In this document: positions 9,992-19,326 of the stretch, piece by piece
How the letters are laid out: each line of letters begins with the position of its first letter
Position numbering within the stretch: position 1 is the first letter of the stretch
NCBI GenBank assembly: GCA_001304225.1
Contig: LJVD01000016.1
Location: 1 to 55,338, forward strand
DNA: 55,338 bases
Direction of reading: 5' to 3'
Source of the DNA: a candidate division Zixibacteria bacterium SM1_73
GTDB lineage: Bacteria > Zixibacteria > MSB-5A5 > SM1-73
Made by a program: the position numbers and the translations under genes
Notes under the pieces: model-generated
Told to the model about the DNA's origin: nothing
Seen by the model: only the letters and a program-made list of their open reading frames with translations
The model's database searches: none

Positions 9992-10321
9992 CAGATCAAT
10001 CTCCTTTTTTCTCCAATTCTTAATCATTCATTTTACGAAACATTATCATCTAAAACGACTAAATATATGAGGAAAAAAAATGGGACTTATTTGGGAACGG
10101 AAAGAAAAAAATATTATATATTATCTGCTCAAAGGTCCTTTTGTTTTTTTTCTTATAGTCATTAATTCTTTACTGACATCTTGGATCTTTCACCTTTCAT
10201 TCAGCATATTTACAGACGCTCAAGATCATATGTCTCTTTATGAATGGATTGAACATTTATTTACTTTTTTGAAGTTATAGATCGCACATTTTATAGTACC
10301 CCACCTTAAAAAATTTAATAC

Positions 10322-10618
10322 TTAGTTCTTGATAATGATGTCATCTTCTGTATTGAAGGTTTTGTCCTTTCCTGCAGAGATTAGGCGATATTTAGAGTCT
10401 GAAATCCTTTCATATTTTATTGGATTCCCCCAAGCATCAGATTCAACATAGACTGAACGACTAAAGGTTTGAACTTCTCTGAGGTCATTCGGAGTCCTAT
10501 CATTTTGAGCGATAAAAAAATCAATCGCCCTTTCAAGAGAGGTCAAGTTTGTTCGAGTAGTTTTCTCTCTGACCCTACTGAAAGCATCGACTTGTTCCCG
10601 CAAAGGAGTTTTATCTCC
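10322..10618 (-). repeat. Inverted paralogous copy of 25319-25615
   Basis: Ungapped codon-by-codon alignment; many differences are synonymous third-position changes. Confidence 0.9.
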
Positions 10619-11134
10619 AGTTTCTAGTTTGATAAATCCTTCTATTTTAAATCCAAGATACGCGTCTGAATTAAGCCCTACATTTTTATGAAAGAAATAG
10701 ACACCATCTACAATCTCGTCTACTGGGATTAGCTGGATTAATTTTCTTCCTCTAAAACTACCCATAGGAATCACTTTGAAAGAATTATCAATTTCTCCCA
10801 ATGACTTTCCGAATATATAAGTATTATCCGCTTGTGATATTTCGTATCTAAGCATTTCAACTGTGGTTTCAAAGGGTCCTTCGGGCATATCCCCATAAAG
10901 CAGTATGAAGTCGTTCTTTTTAATCGTTGGAATTTCACCGAATTCAGTACTAAGAAGCCTGCGACGTGTGTTACCTTTTCCTAAATTTTTAAATTTTAGA
11001 AGATACGCTTCTCCATCAAGAATAGCGTAAAATCCAAGTTCTGTTAGGTCTTTCTTCCAATCAGCTTTACATTCGTATAAAAATAAAGAAATAAAAAGAA
11101 GCGATAAGAACAGAATCAGTCTTGATATCTTCAT
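10322..11134 (-). CDS. Exported (possibly lipo)protein: unknown N-terminal domain fused to a C-terminal GspG/T2SSG-like pilin head
   Basis: Likely start MKISRL at 11134 after GAGGAAGGGG. C-terminal DAWGNPIKY...LISAGKDKTFNTEDDI motif; last 98 aa are 83/98 identical to ORF 25244-25615. Confidence 0.8.
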   Translation of the reverse strand: MKISRLILFLSLLFISLFLYECKADWKKDLTELGFYAILDGEAYLLKFKNLGKGNTRRRLLSTEFGEIPTIKKNDFILLYGDMPEGPFETTVEMLRYEISQADNTYIFGKSLGEIDNSFKVIPMGSFRGRKLIQLIPVDEIVDGVYFFHKNVGLNSDAYLGFKIEGFIKLETGDKTPLREQVDAFSRVREKTTRTNLTSLERAIDFFIAQNDRTPNDLREVQTFSRSVYVESDAWGNPIKYERISDSKYRLISAGKDKTFNTEDDIIIKN

Positions 11135-11348
11135 ATCCCCTTCCTCTTTTTTCATTGAGACATTCCCAAAAGTTGTAATAATTAAATCCGACTTTATACC
11201 CGAAGTCAACTTATTCATTCAAGCTTCTTCTCATCCAAAAAAATGAATCAAATCCAAAAATTTGCATTTAGATACAGAAATAAAAAACAATCATATAAAT
11301 AAGATATTGATTCTAAATAAAATGCATATATTAGATGTTTGATTGTAT

Positions 11349-11365
11349 CTGGCACAAATATTGCA
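11349..11365 (+). promoter_or_regulatory. sigma54 (-24/-12) promoter upstream of the TonB-dependent receptor
   Basis: CTGGCACAAATATTGCA matches YTGGCAC-N5-TTGCW with exact GG-N10-GC spacing, within an AT-rich intergenic region. Confidence 0.7.
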
Positions 11366-11606
11366 CATCAAATGATCCAGATAAAAAATATCATAATTTG
11401 GGGGTGAAATTAAACAGATAGTCAACCAAAAAAGGCAAAAGGAAAGTATGAAGTGAAGTATTGGAAGCGAAAAAGCTTCATTCATACTCATAAGGGAATT
11501 GGCGTTTCTGTTAAGCGATCAACTCGAAAATCGAACGCTTAGCGGAACAACTAACAGTCCCAAAAATCCCGTTCATAGGGAAGAGGGACACTAAAAGGAG
11601 AAGAGA

Positions 11607-14600
11607 TTGAGTAAATTTCGGACTTTCTTTTTCGTAACAACTTGCTTGGTACTGCTTGTTGGTTCGCTCGCAGCACAGAGGCCGATTGGAAGGATTATCG
11701 GAGAAGTCAAAGATGCAGAAGGTACTCCTCTACCTGGTGTGACAGTGGAAGCCACCAGCCCAAAAGTAATAGGCAAATCTTCGGCGATAACAGATGAAAA
11801 TGGAACCTATCGTCTTCTTGCATTGCCACCTGGTACATACACCCTTACATATAACCTTACAGGATTTAAACCTGTAGTCAGGCAGGATATTATCCTTCGT
11901 GTAGAGGAAACCATCACAGTCGATATCACCATGGAGATGGGTGCAATAGAAGAACAAATCACTGTTATAGGTCAGTCGCCGTTGATTGATGTAAAGAGCA
12001 CGTACAAAGGAATGACGATGGACCAGGAAATGTTTACCAAGCTGCCTAGAGGTAGAAACTTCGACACCTTGGTCACGGCCGTCTCGGGCGTGTCTAATGA
12101 GCCTTGGCTTGGCGGAATATCCGTGGATGGGGCTTCCGGAGCTGAAAACATGTATTATATCGATGGCACAGATATTACTCACATGGTAAGAGGAACTCGT
12201 GCTCAAAGTGCCGCGTTTGAATTTGTGGATGAAATTCAAATCAAAGCTAGCGGTTACGCGGCAGAGTATGGAGGCGCCATGGGCGGTGTTGTCAGTGTGA
12301 TCACTCGCTCTGGAGGAAATGAATATCACGGCGAACTTGTAGGTTTCTACAGCGGCTCAAAGCTAGAAGGCAAAGAAAGGGACACCCTCCGTTTGAAGCC
12401 AGAAGATGTCTCCCAATCAGAGTATGTTAACTACCAGGAGATGTATGGAAAGGATACGGTTCACAGATACGAATTCGGCTTTAATTTTGGCGGTTATATT
12501 TTAAAGGACAGGCTTTGGTTCTTTGGCTCGCTTCTGCCTGTCTTTCAAGACACAACACGACATGTCACATTTACCGTCAATAATGAAAAGAGGGATTCCC
12601 TCCAGAATTGGAGATGGTATAATTTTCAGGGTAAGATTACTGCACAGCCCCTCAGGAATTTGCGCTTGAGCGCCAGTCTTGTTAATAACTTCAGCAAATA
12701 CAAAGGAGATCTTCCCCCTAGAGATGGCTCAGGCAATCCAGATACAGATTATGAGGCTTACGGTTATTCCTACCCCAACTGGTCTGCCGCCGGAAGCGCT
12801 GACATAACCCTGGGAAACAACTTTTTGATCGGCCTCCGTGGTGGTTATTTCTTCACCGACACAAAAGATCAACTGGTTACTGCAGATACACCGTGGTGGC
12901 GCTTTCAGTCAGAGACAGGCGGATACCCTAACACATCAAACGCGCAATTCAATACAGATGCGGATCCCACAAATGATATTCCTGAGCAGTATATAAGAGA
13001 TGCAGGATGGCAGCCATTCTCCAGAGGCGCAGTAATGGAAACAAAGAAATTGGTCAGAGCCAAGGGGTATGTCAATGCGGACTTCAACTTGTTTGTGGAT
13101 TTGGCTGGCGAGCATTCCTGGAAAGCGGGTGTTCAATGGGTTCGCCAATCGGAAGATGTTGATCAGACAAACTCTCAACCCATTGTCTACCTGGCATGGG
13201 ATAGGGAACATATCCTGGGGGGAGAGGTTGTAGGTGCAGGCCGGGGAATATATGGCTTCTATGGTGTTCGTGGAAATGATGCAACTGGCCCTTACGGATC
13301 ATTCTATCAACCCCATAGTAACAGGTGGGCACTTTACCTCCAGGACAGCTGGACTCCCGAATTCCTGGACAACAAGTTCACTCTAAATGCTGGAATTCGT
13401 ACTGAATACGAATACATTCCCAGCTATAGTGACGAGGAAGGGTTTAAGGATGTCAAGCCCATCGAGTTCACATTCGGCGATAAACTAGCCCCAAGAATCG
13501 GATTCACTTACGATGTATTTGGTGATTCGACCACAAAAATCTTTGGAAGTTACGGTTTATACTTCGATGTATTTAAGCTGTATATGGCCTCAGATGCTTA
13601 TGGCGGATTTAAATGGGTTAGTGCCTACTACACATTGGATAGCTATGAATGGGATCAGATTGGAGTAAATGGATACTATCCGGGAACGCTGCTGAGCGTA
13701 AACAATTGGCGTCACCCATCTTTTGAAAGCACGGATCCTGATTTGAAACCCATGAGCCAGCAGGAAATCTCTTTTGGTGTGGAAAGAGAATTGATGGAGA
13801 ATCTGTCCCTTTCGGTTCGTCTGGTTCAAAAGCATCTCCGCTATGCTATTGAAGATGTGGGTGTTTTTGTACCTGGGGTAGGGGAAGAATATTATACGAC
13901 TAATCCAGGCTATGGTTATTCACAACATCAGGGTGTGGGCACCGGTAAATTCGATCCTCGTTTCCCTGAAACGCCTAAAGCCAAACGCGAATACTGGGCT
14001 GTTAATTTTGATTTGGACAAGCGCTTTAGCGACAACTGGCTTGCAGGCTTCTCTTATACCTGGAGCAGACTGACAGGCAACTATTCCGGACTGGCAAGTT
14101 CTGATGAATATGGAAGAGTCGGCCCCAACCTCGAAAGATACTTTGATCTCTGGCATCTGGCCTACACAAAAGACCTTGAGAAGCAAGATGGAGTCATGCC
14201 AACGGACAGAACTCACTTTTTCAAGTTCTACGGTGCTTACACTTTCCCCTTCGACTTAACTATTGGTGCGGTTGTGAATGCGATGAGTGGAACTCCTGTC
14301 ACAGAAGAATGGACAGTCGAGGCGAATGGTTACTACCCCTTTAACAGGGGTAATATGGGACGGACGTCTTTCTTATGGTTTGCCAACGCCTATGCGGAAT
14401 ACAATTTGAAGCTCACTGAAAGATACAGACTCCAAGTCAACATCAATGCCGATAATGTTTTCAATGTCGGGACTGCTCGCCGTATTTGGTCTCGCTTAAC
14501 ACAAGGCAGAGTAGCTGTGACGGAAGATCAATTGCTTTCTACGAATTGGGAATTGGAAGCGATTGGGTATAACAAGGATCCTCGATTTGGACAGGAAATG

Positions 14601-14651
14601 GATTACTTTGCTCCAATTTCGCTAAGGTTGGGAGTCAAGTTCATATTCTAA
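11607..14651 (+). CDS. Oar-like TonB-dependent receptor with N-terminal carboxypeptidase-regulatory-like domain
   Basis: Signal peptide, G.I.G.V.D..G.PLPGVTV, plug (SVDGASGAENMYYIDG; AEYGGAMGGVV..ITRSGGN), barrel with C-terminal Phe (GVKFIF). TTG start after AAGGAG. Confidence 0.93.
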   Translation: MSKFRTFFFVTTCLVLLVGSLAAQRPIGRIIGEVKDAEGTPLPGVTVEATSPKVIGKSSAITDENGTYRLLALPPGTYTLTYNLTGFKPVVRQDIILRVEETITVDITMEMGAIEEQITVIGQSPLIDVKSTYKGMTMDQEMFTKLPRGRNFDTLVTAVSGVSNEPWLGGISVDGASGAENMYYIDGTDITHMVRGTRAQSAAFEFVDEIQIKASGYAAEYGGAMGGVVSVITRSGGNEYHGELVGFYSGSKLEGKERDTLRLKPEDVSQSEYVNYQEMYGKDTVHRYEFGFNFGGYILKDRLWFFGSLLPVFQDTTRHVTFTVNNEKRDSLQNWRWYNFQGKITAQPLRNLRLSASLVNNFSKYKGDLPPRDGSGNPDTDYEAYGYSYPNWSAAGSADITLGNNFLIGLRGGYFFTDTKDQLVTADTPWWRFQSETGGYPNTSNAQFNTDADPTNDIPEQYIRDAGWQPFSRGAVMETKKLVRAKGYVNADFNLFVDLAGEHSWKAGVQWVRQSEDVDQTNSQPIVYLAWDREHILGGEVVGAGRGIYGFYGVRGNDATGPYGSFYQPHSNRWALYLQDSWTPEFLDNKFTLNAGIRTEYEYIPSYSDEEGFKDVKPIEFTFGDKLAPRIGFTYDVFGDSTTKIFGSYGLYFDVFKLYMASDAYGGFKWVSAYYTLDSYEWDQIGVNGYYPGTLLSVNNWRHPSFESTDPDLKPMSQQEISFGVERELMENLSLSVRLVQKHLRYAIEDVGVFVPGVGEEYYTTNPGYGYSQHQGVGTGKFDPRFPETPKAKREYWAVNFDLDKRFSDNWLAGFSYTWSRLTGNYSGLASSDEYGRVGPNLERYFDLWHLAYTKDLEKQDGVMPTDRTHFFKFYGAYTFPFDLTIGAVVNAMSGTPVTEEWTVEANGYYPFNRGNMGRTSFLWFANAYAEYNLKLTERYRLQVNINADNVFNVGTARRIWSRLTQGRVAVTEDQLLSTNWELEAIGYNKDPRFGQEMDYFAPISLRLGVKFIF

Positions 14652-14674
14652 CCTGAAGTCAGAGCAGAAACTCG

Positions 14675-14711
14675 AAGCCCTCTTCCCGAGTTCTCGGGAA
14701 GAGGGCTTTTT
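14675..14711 (+). terminator. Rho-independent terminator
   Basis: AAGCCCTCTTCCCGAG-TT-CTCGGGAAGAGGGCTT perfect inverted repeat followed by a T run. Confidence 0.9.
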
Positions 14712-14817
14712 CTTATCTGGTCAAATTAACAGAACGCTGATTATCTGTGATCTTAGCAATTATGGATATAGAGATGTTTTAGGATTTTGATGGATTTTTG
14801 CAAAACATTCATCTAGT

Positions 14818-15660
14818 ATGAAAATAGGAGGTTATGAAGAAATGAGAAGAAAAGGGGATTTATTGAAGAGTCAAATTTTTATTTTCTTATCTATATGTTT
14901 TTTCATTCTGCAAACACAACTCGCCTACAGCCAGAAAGGCTTCTTCATGAATGAAAAAAAAATGTATGAAAAGTACAGGCTTTCCGTGAAGAATTTTGAA
15001 AAAGGAAAAGAGCACTTCCATAAAGAAGATTACAGCAAGGCCGAAAAAGAATTGAACAAATGCCTGGAAATTTTTCCGCAACATGCCCAGGCGCATTTTT
15101 ATCTGGCAACCCTTTATCACAAGAAAGAGAATTTCGAGAAAGCTTTGAATCATATTGAAGAGGCCAAAGAAAATTTTAGCCTTATGAATCAAATGTATAA
15201 ACTTGCCTATGAAGATTATATAGCCCAACTCAGAAGGCAGAGTGATGAACAGAGAAATAACCTTGAACAATATAAAGAGCAGCTTTCAAAGACGACAGAC
15301 CCAGAAGAAAAGGGCAAAATTACTGCTGCAATTTTATCTCTTGAAAATCAAATTGAAACCATAAACAGCAGATTAACGAATCCTCTGCCTCCTGAAAGCC
15401 AGATGCCGGCTGAATATTGTTATCAGCACGGAAATATCCTTTTCAGAATGAAACAATTCCAGGAGGCTCATGACCAGTGGCTCAAGACAATAGAGGCTGA
15501 CCCTCAACATGGAAAGGCTTACAATAATCTGGCCAATCTCTATTACATGTCCAAGCATTATGAAAGAGCTTTGAAATACTTAGAGCAGGCTGAATCTCAT
15601 GGGGCTGAGGTGAATTCTGAATTTAAAAAGGCGATTCTCAAAGCTCTTGAAAAAAAGTAA
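14818..15660 (+). CDS. Exported tetratricopeptide-repeat protein
   Basis: Signal-like hydrophobic stretch; TPR motifs (PQHAQAHFYLA, PQHGKAYNNLANLYY) flanking a coiled coil. Start may be 14842. Confidence 0.85.
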   Translation: MKIGGYEEMRRKGDLLKSQIFIFLSICFFILQTQLAYSQKGFFMNEKKMYEKYRLSVKNFEKGKEHFHKEDYSKAEKELNKCLEIFPQHAQAHFYLATLYHKKENFEKALNHIEEAKENFSLMNQMYKLAYEDYIAQLRRQSDEQRNNLEQYKEQLSKTTDPEEKGKITAAILSLENQIETINSRLTNPLPPESQMPAEYCYQHGNILFRMKQFQEAHDQWLKTIEADPQHGKAYNNLANLYYMSKHYERALKYLEQAESHGAEVNSEFKKAILKALEKK

Positions 15661-15784
15661 GTCAGAGAGTCGTTAATAGGTTGTAAAGAGTCTGTTAAGA
15701 TCGATTCCCTATGTCGTTGATATTGCCTTTTCGATTGTGCCATGTTCATTTCAAGAAATTATTAGGGTAAAGGAGAAAAGAAGG

Positions 15785-16707
15785 ATGCCTATTTTCACAA
15801 AGCTTAGATTGGTATGAAAGATAGTGTTCCTCTTTTAGCCGATACCAAGGGACGTCCCAACGTCGCTACACCTCACTATCTTATGGATGGAAGAGTCCGA
15901 GTCATCCAAAACGCGAGTGTCGATAGTGTCGCTCCAGCTGGCTCTGTCTGGTCGAGCGTTCATGACATGGCCAAATGGATGCTTTTCATGCTCGAGGAGG
16001 GAGATGAAAAGTCTGTGCTCAGCGAATCCGTGCGTAAGGAGCTCTTTACGCCGCAGTTTATTGTCGACAGACAAGAGTTTTACCCCACAGCCCGACTCAC
16101 ACAGCCCCACTGGACGACTTACAGCCTCGGCTGGTTTCAGCATGACTACAACGGCCGTGCAGTTGATTTTCATACTGGGAGCATCGACGGGATGGTTGCC
16201 ATCATAGGCCTCATTCGGGATGAACGCCTGGGCGTATATGTGCTTGGGAATCTTGACCATGCTGAGGTCCGACACGCCTTGATGTATAGGGTGTTCGATC
16301 TCTATGCCGAGAGACCTTTGCGCGACTGGAGCAGAGAGTTCCAGAAGCTCTATACCGAACTCAAGGAGAAGAACGAAACCAGAAGAAAAAAAGTAGAGGA
16401 GGAAAGAATTCCCGACACGCATCCCTCTCTGCTGCTGGATAAATATGCAGGAACCTATTGCGATCCACTTTATGGGACAGTCAACGTTGCCTATGATAGT
16501 AAGCTCGTACTGCGCTATGGAAAAGGATTTGTGGGAGAGCTTGAGCATTGGCACTACGATACCTTCCGCGCACGCTGGGAAGCGGAATGGAGAGGCAGTG
16601 ACCTTGTCTCATTCACTCTGGATTCTAAAGGCCATCCTGAAAGTTTGACGCTATTAGGCTTTACTTTCAAACGTGACGTTCTGGATAAAGACGATCCTGT
16701 TAAGTGA
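15785..16707 (+). pseudogene. Serine hydrolase (class C beta-lactamase-like) + DUF3471, N-terminal half missing
   Basis: GMKDS, APAGSVWSSVHDMAKW, YSLGW, HTGSIDG, C-terminal YAGTY.DPLYG...LEHWHYDTF; no SxxK. Upstream RBS+ATG (MPIFTKLR) at 15785 is out of frame. Confidence 0.75.
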
Positions 16708-16713
16708 CGATTT

Positions 16714-18156
16714 TTATTTATCTGCGAACAAATAGCCGGCCATGAAAAAAAGCCGTACGATATCCTCCATGATCTTGGGTGTGATAACGTAAATAGTATC
16801 CTCTTCTGTGTGAACGCCGTAACCTCCACCTCCTGTTACCCAAGTTGAATAAGCCGGGATTCCATTTTCCACAAACGGGGCGTAGTCGCTGTTGCCGAAC
16901 CTCTGACTGATCTCGCTTGCATTGATGCTGTCATTGATGGAATATTTTTCGTTGACCTTAGTTAGGATTTCATAGAACTCCGGATAGGTTTTGCCTCCGG
17001 CGATACGCAGCCCCCTTCCCACACCATTCATGTCGTGGTTGAGCATAAGGACCGGTTTGGAAGGAAAATCAGGCAGGTTTGCCGCCATGTATCTGCTTCC
17101 CAGAAGACCCAGTTCCTCTCCACCGAAAAGGGCAAACACGATTGATCTCTTCGGACGGCTTTTGAGTTGTGAAAACGCATGGGCCAGTTTCATCACCACG
17201 GCTGATCCGCTTGCATTGTCGCTGGCAGCAGAATGAAGCCGCGGCCACGGGCCAACACCGTCCAAGTGGCCGCCGAAAATGATGTATTCTTCCTTGAGCG
17301 TGGGATCAGAACCTTCGATAATTCCAACCACATTTGAGGTGAAGGCATTTGGGTGATGAACGCCTGTGACTTTGATCTTTGCTCTCACACCTGTTGCAAA
17401 ACGCAGCGGATTCCCATCACGAAGCAAGGCCCTTATACTATGGATATCAAAACCTTTATGCTTAAAAAGAGTCTCTGCCACATTATTGCTGACCATAACC
17501 ATGGGCAGTTCTTCCTGGTAGGTTCCATATCCTGATATAACGGCTCTATTGATGATGATTAAACCCCCAGCTTCATGTTCCTTTGCATTCTGAAGCTTGT
17601 ACGGACGAGGATAGTACTTCGAGAAATCCTTGTCTTCGACCTGCGGCATCCCATCAACAATCGCCACCACTTTCCCTTTAACATCTCTATCCTTATAGTC
17701 GTCCCAATCGAGTTCTGAAGCAGTGATGCCAAATCCCAGAAATACGACCTCTTCCTCCACCTCACCAAAGCCGCTGTAGAGGGTGGGACAATAATCCTTA
17801 TACATCTCCATTTCGAGATTTTCAGGCTTACCCTCCTGTCCTATGGCAGGGAGTATCAGGGAAAAAGCGCTGTCGTGCGTCTCGTTATAGCTCAGCTCAA
17901 AAGGCTGAAGGAAGTCATCATAGACTGGTGCTAAGCCCCATTCTTTGAATTTTGCTTTAGCCCATTGTGCTGCTTTGTTGTACTCCTCGGTACCGGCAAG
18001 CCTGCCCCTCATCTCGGGTGTGGAAAGGTACTCGTTGAGCTCGAAGATATCTCCTGCTTTGATGGATTTCATGATATGCTCCAACTCATCCGCTTGTGCT
18101 GGCTGGAGCATCAAAAAAAGAACAAACAAGCATAAAAAAACGCTCCGAGATTTCAT
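16714..18156 (-). CDS. M28-family peptidase with PA domain, exported
   Basis: Signal peptide; GRLAGT, GGHLDG, DNASGS, GEELGLLGS, NHDM, SDYAPF, HTEEDT. Confidence 0.9.
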   Translation of the reverse strand: MKSRSVFLCLFVLFLMLQPAQADELEHIMKSIKAGDIFELNEYLSTPEMRGRLAGTEEYNKAAQWAKAKFKEWGLAPVYDDFLQPFELSYNETHDSAFSLILPAIGQEGKPENLEMEMYKDYCPTLYSGFGEVEEEVVFLGFGITASELDWDDYKDRDVKGKVVAIVDGMPQVEDKDFSKYYPRPYKLQNAKEHEAGGLIIINRAVISGYGTYQEELPMVMVSNNVAETLFKHKGFDIHSIRALLRDGNPLRFATGVRAKIKVTGVHHPNAFTSNVVGIIEGSDPTLKEEYIIFGGHLDGVGPWPRLHSAASDNASGSAVVMKLAHAFSQLKSRPKRSIVFALFGGEELGLLGSRYMAANLPDFPSKPVLMLNHDMNGVGRGLRIAGGKTYPEFYEILTKVNEKYSINDSINASEISQRFGNSDYAPFVENGIPAYSTWVTGGGGYGVHTEEDTIYVITPKIMEDIVRLFFMAGYLFADK

Positions 18157-18551
18157 CTTGATTCTCTCCTTTTCAATGAGATGGATCCTTGGATAGTAGT
18201 CATTAAATCTGACTTTGCAACCTATGTCAACCTATTCATACTTGTCCCTTCAAATTAGAAGTTCTCGTGGCAGAGAAGTAGGTTTCAGACCAAAAAAAAT
18301 GACTCTCATATATCCCTGGAACATACTGAAAGGCTCATAGAGCAACTTTAATCCTATGTATTTGTTTCTCTGCATATCACTGGAAGTTTCCAGATCAAGT
18401 TGTGGCGGGGACCTCATTTAATGAATGAAATATCTCCCAAACCTTCTTTCAATTTATGGAAGGATTACATTAATGGTTTTGGGCTGGGATACTCAAGAAA
18501 TTAGCTCAGTGATTGAATTCGTTATATCGATTCATCACAGTATCCTCCAGT

Positions 18552-18916
18552 CTATTTCATTGGGATAAGTTGAGCGTTTACTACATGATCGCCTGTCGAG
18601 TTCGAGATCGCTTTTACTAACGTTTCATTCCCAGATACTTGAAACCAAATCTTCAGGATTCCGCCGAGATCGTAGTCTTTCTCAATTGATAGTGAATAGC
18701 ATCCATTATTATCAGTCGTTGTGGAAGCTAAATCGGGATAACTTACCTCTCCAGGAAGAAAGCTTTTTTTTCACCAGATATTGTCATGCTAACACCAGCG
18801 ATAGGAGAGCCGTTTGAGGCATCCGTTACGACTCCCTCAACATGTATTTTATTTGAAACAAGAAAGCATGATGTTGATAGCATATAAAATAATAAGCATA
18901 TTATTATTTTTTGCAC
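18552..18916 (-). pseudogene. Lipoprotein with carboxypeptidase-regulatory-like beta-sandwich, frameshifted in an A8 run
   Basis: GTG start after GAGGA; lipobox-like LSTSC; VEGVVTDASNGSPIAGVS. Adding one A at 18764-18771 continues SFLPGEVSYPDLASTTTDNNGCYSLSI...VVNAQLIPMK*. Confidence 0.72.
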
Positions 18917-19003
18917 TCTGTCCTCTTCTCCATTTGTTCTCTTAAACAAGTTAAGCTATCCTGGAGTTGTTAAGAGTTTATCAAAAGTTTGTTAAGTTTT
19001 ACT

Positions 19004-19080
19004 TTCCCCCGTTTATTAGTCATTCCTCTCTTTTTATATAAAGTGATGGGTGATCTATGTCAATCTTTTAGGAACTCATT
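19004..19080 (-). repeat. Promoter+RBS module, copy 2
   Basis: TTGACA-17-TATATA plus GGGGGA; 83% identical to 8172-8230. Confidence 0.75.
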
Positions 19081-19139
19081 ATTACGATGAACCATTATTT
19101 TAACCGGTGACAAATGAAAGGCTTAAAGCATTAAGATGA

Positions 19140-19226
19140 GAAGTGGTGCGGGCTGTGTCAGCAAAAGGGGGGTTGATGATGGGAACCAAAAAGGTGTGAG
19201 CTCTCTCCAGCCCGCACAAGAGAGCC
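19140..19226 (-). ncRNA. Candidate structured small RNA or leader
   Basis: Promoter TTGAAA-16-TATAAT (19260-19233). Perfect 10-bp stem GTGCGGGCTG/CAGCCCGCAC (19146-19155/19208-19217) enclosing C/U-rich tracts. Confidence 0.4.
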
Positions 19227-19326
19227 AAATTAATTATACAAAAGCAATCTCATTTTTCAAGTAAAAATTTTAAAAATTTTAAATTGCGGATTGATGCGAT
19301 AATGAATCCCTAGTTGGGGGACGTTT

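Noticed and set aside
10322-10618. DGR template/variable repeat pair with 25319-25615
   Set aside because: Differences involve all bases, many at synonymous third positions, and are not adenine-specific; no reverse transcriptase in the window.
5288-11218. Integron cassette array or prophage/ICE at tRNA-Lys
   Set aside because: No attC-like RYYYAAC...GTTRRRY pairs, integrase, phage genes or duplicated tRNA 3' end were found; several genes have their own promoters.
11480-11600. Cobalamin riboswitch before the TonB receptor
   Set aside because: AGGGAA occurs, but the remaining conserved core and B12 box could not be identified.
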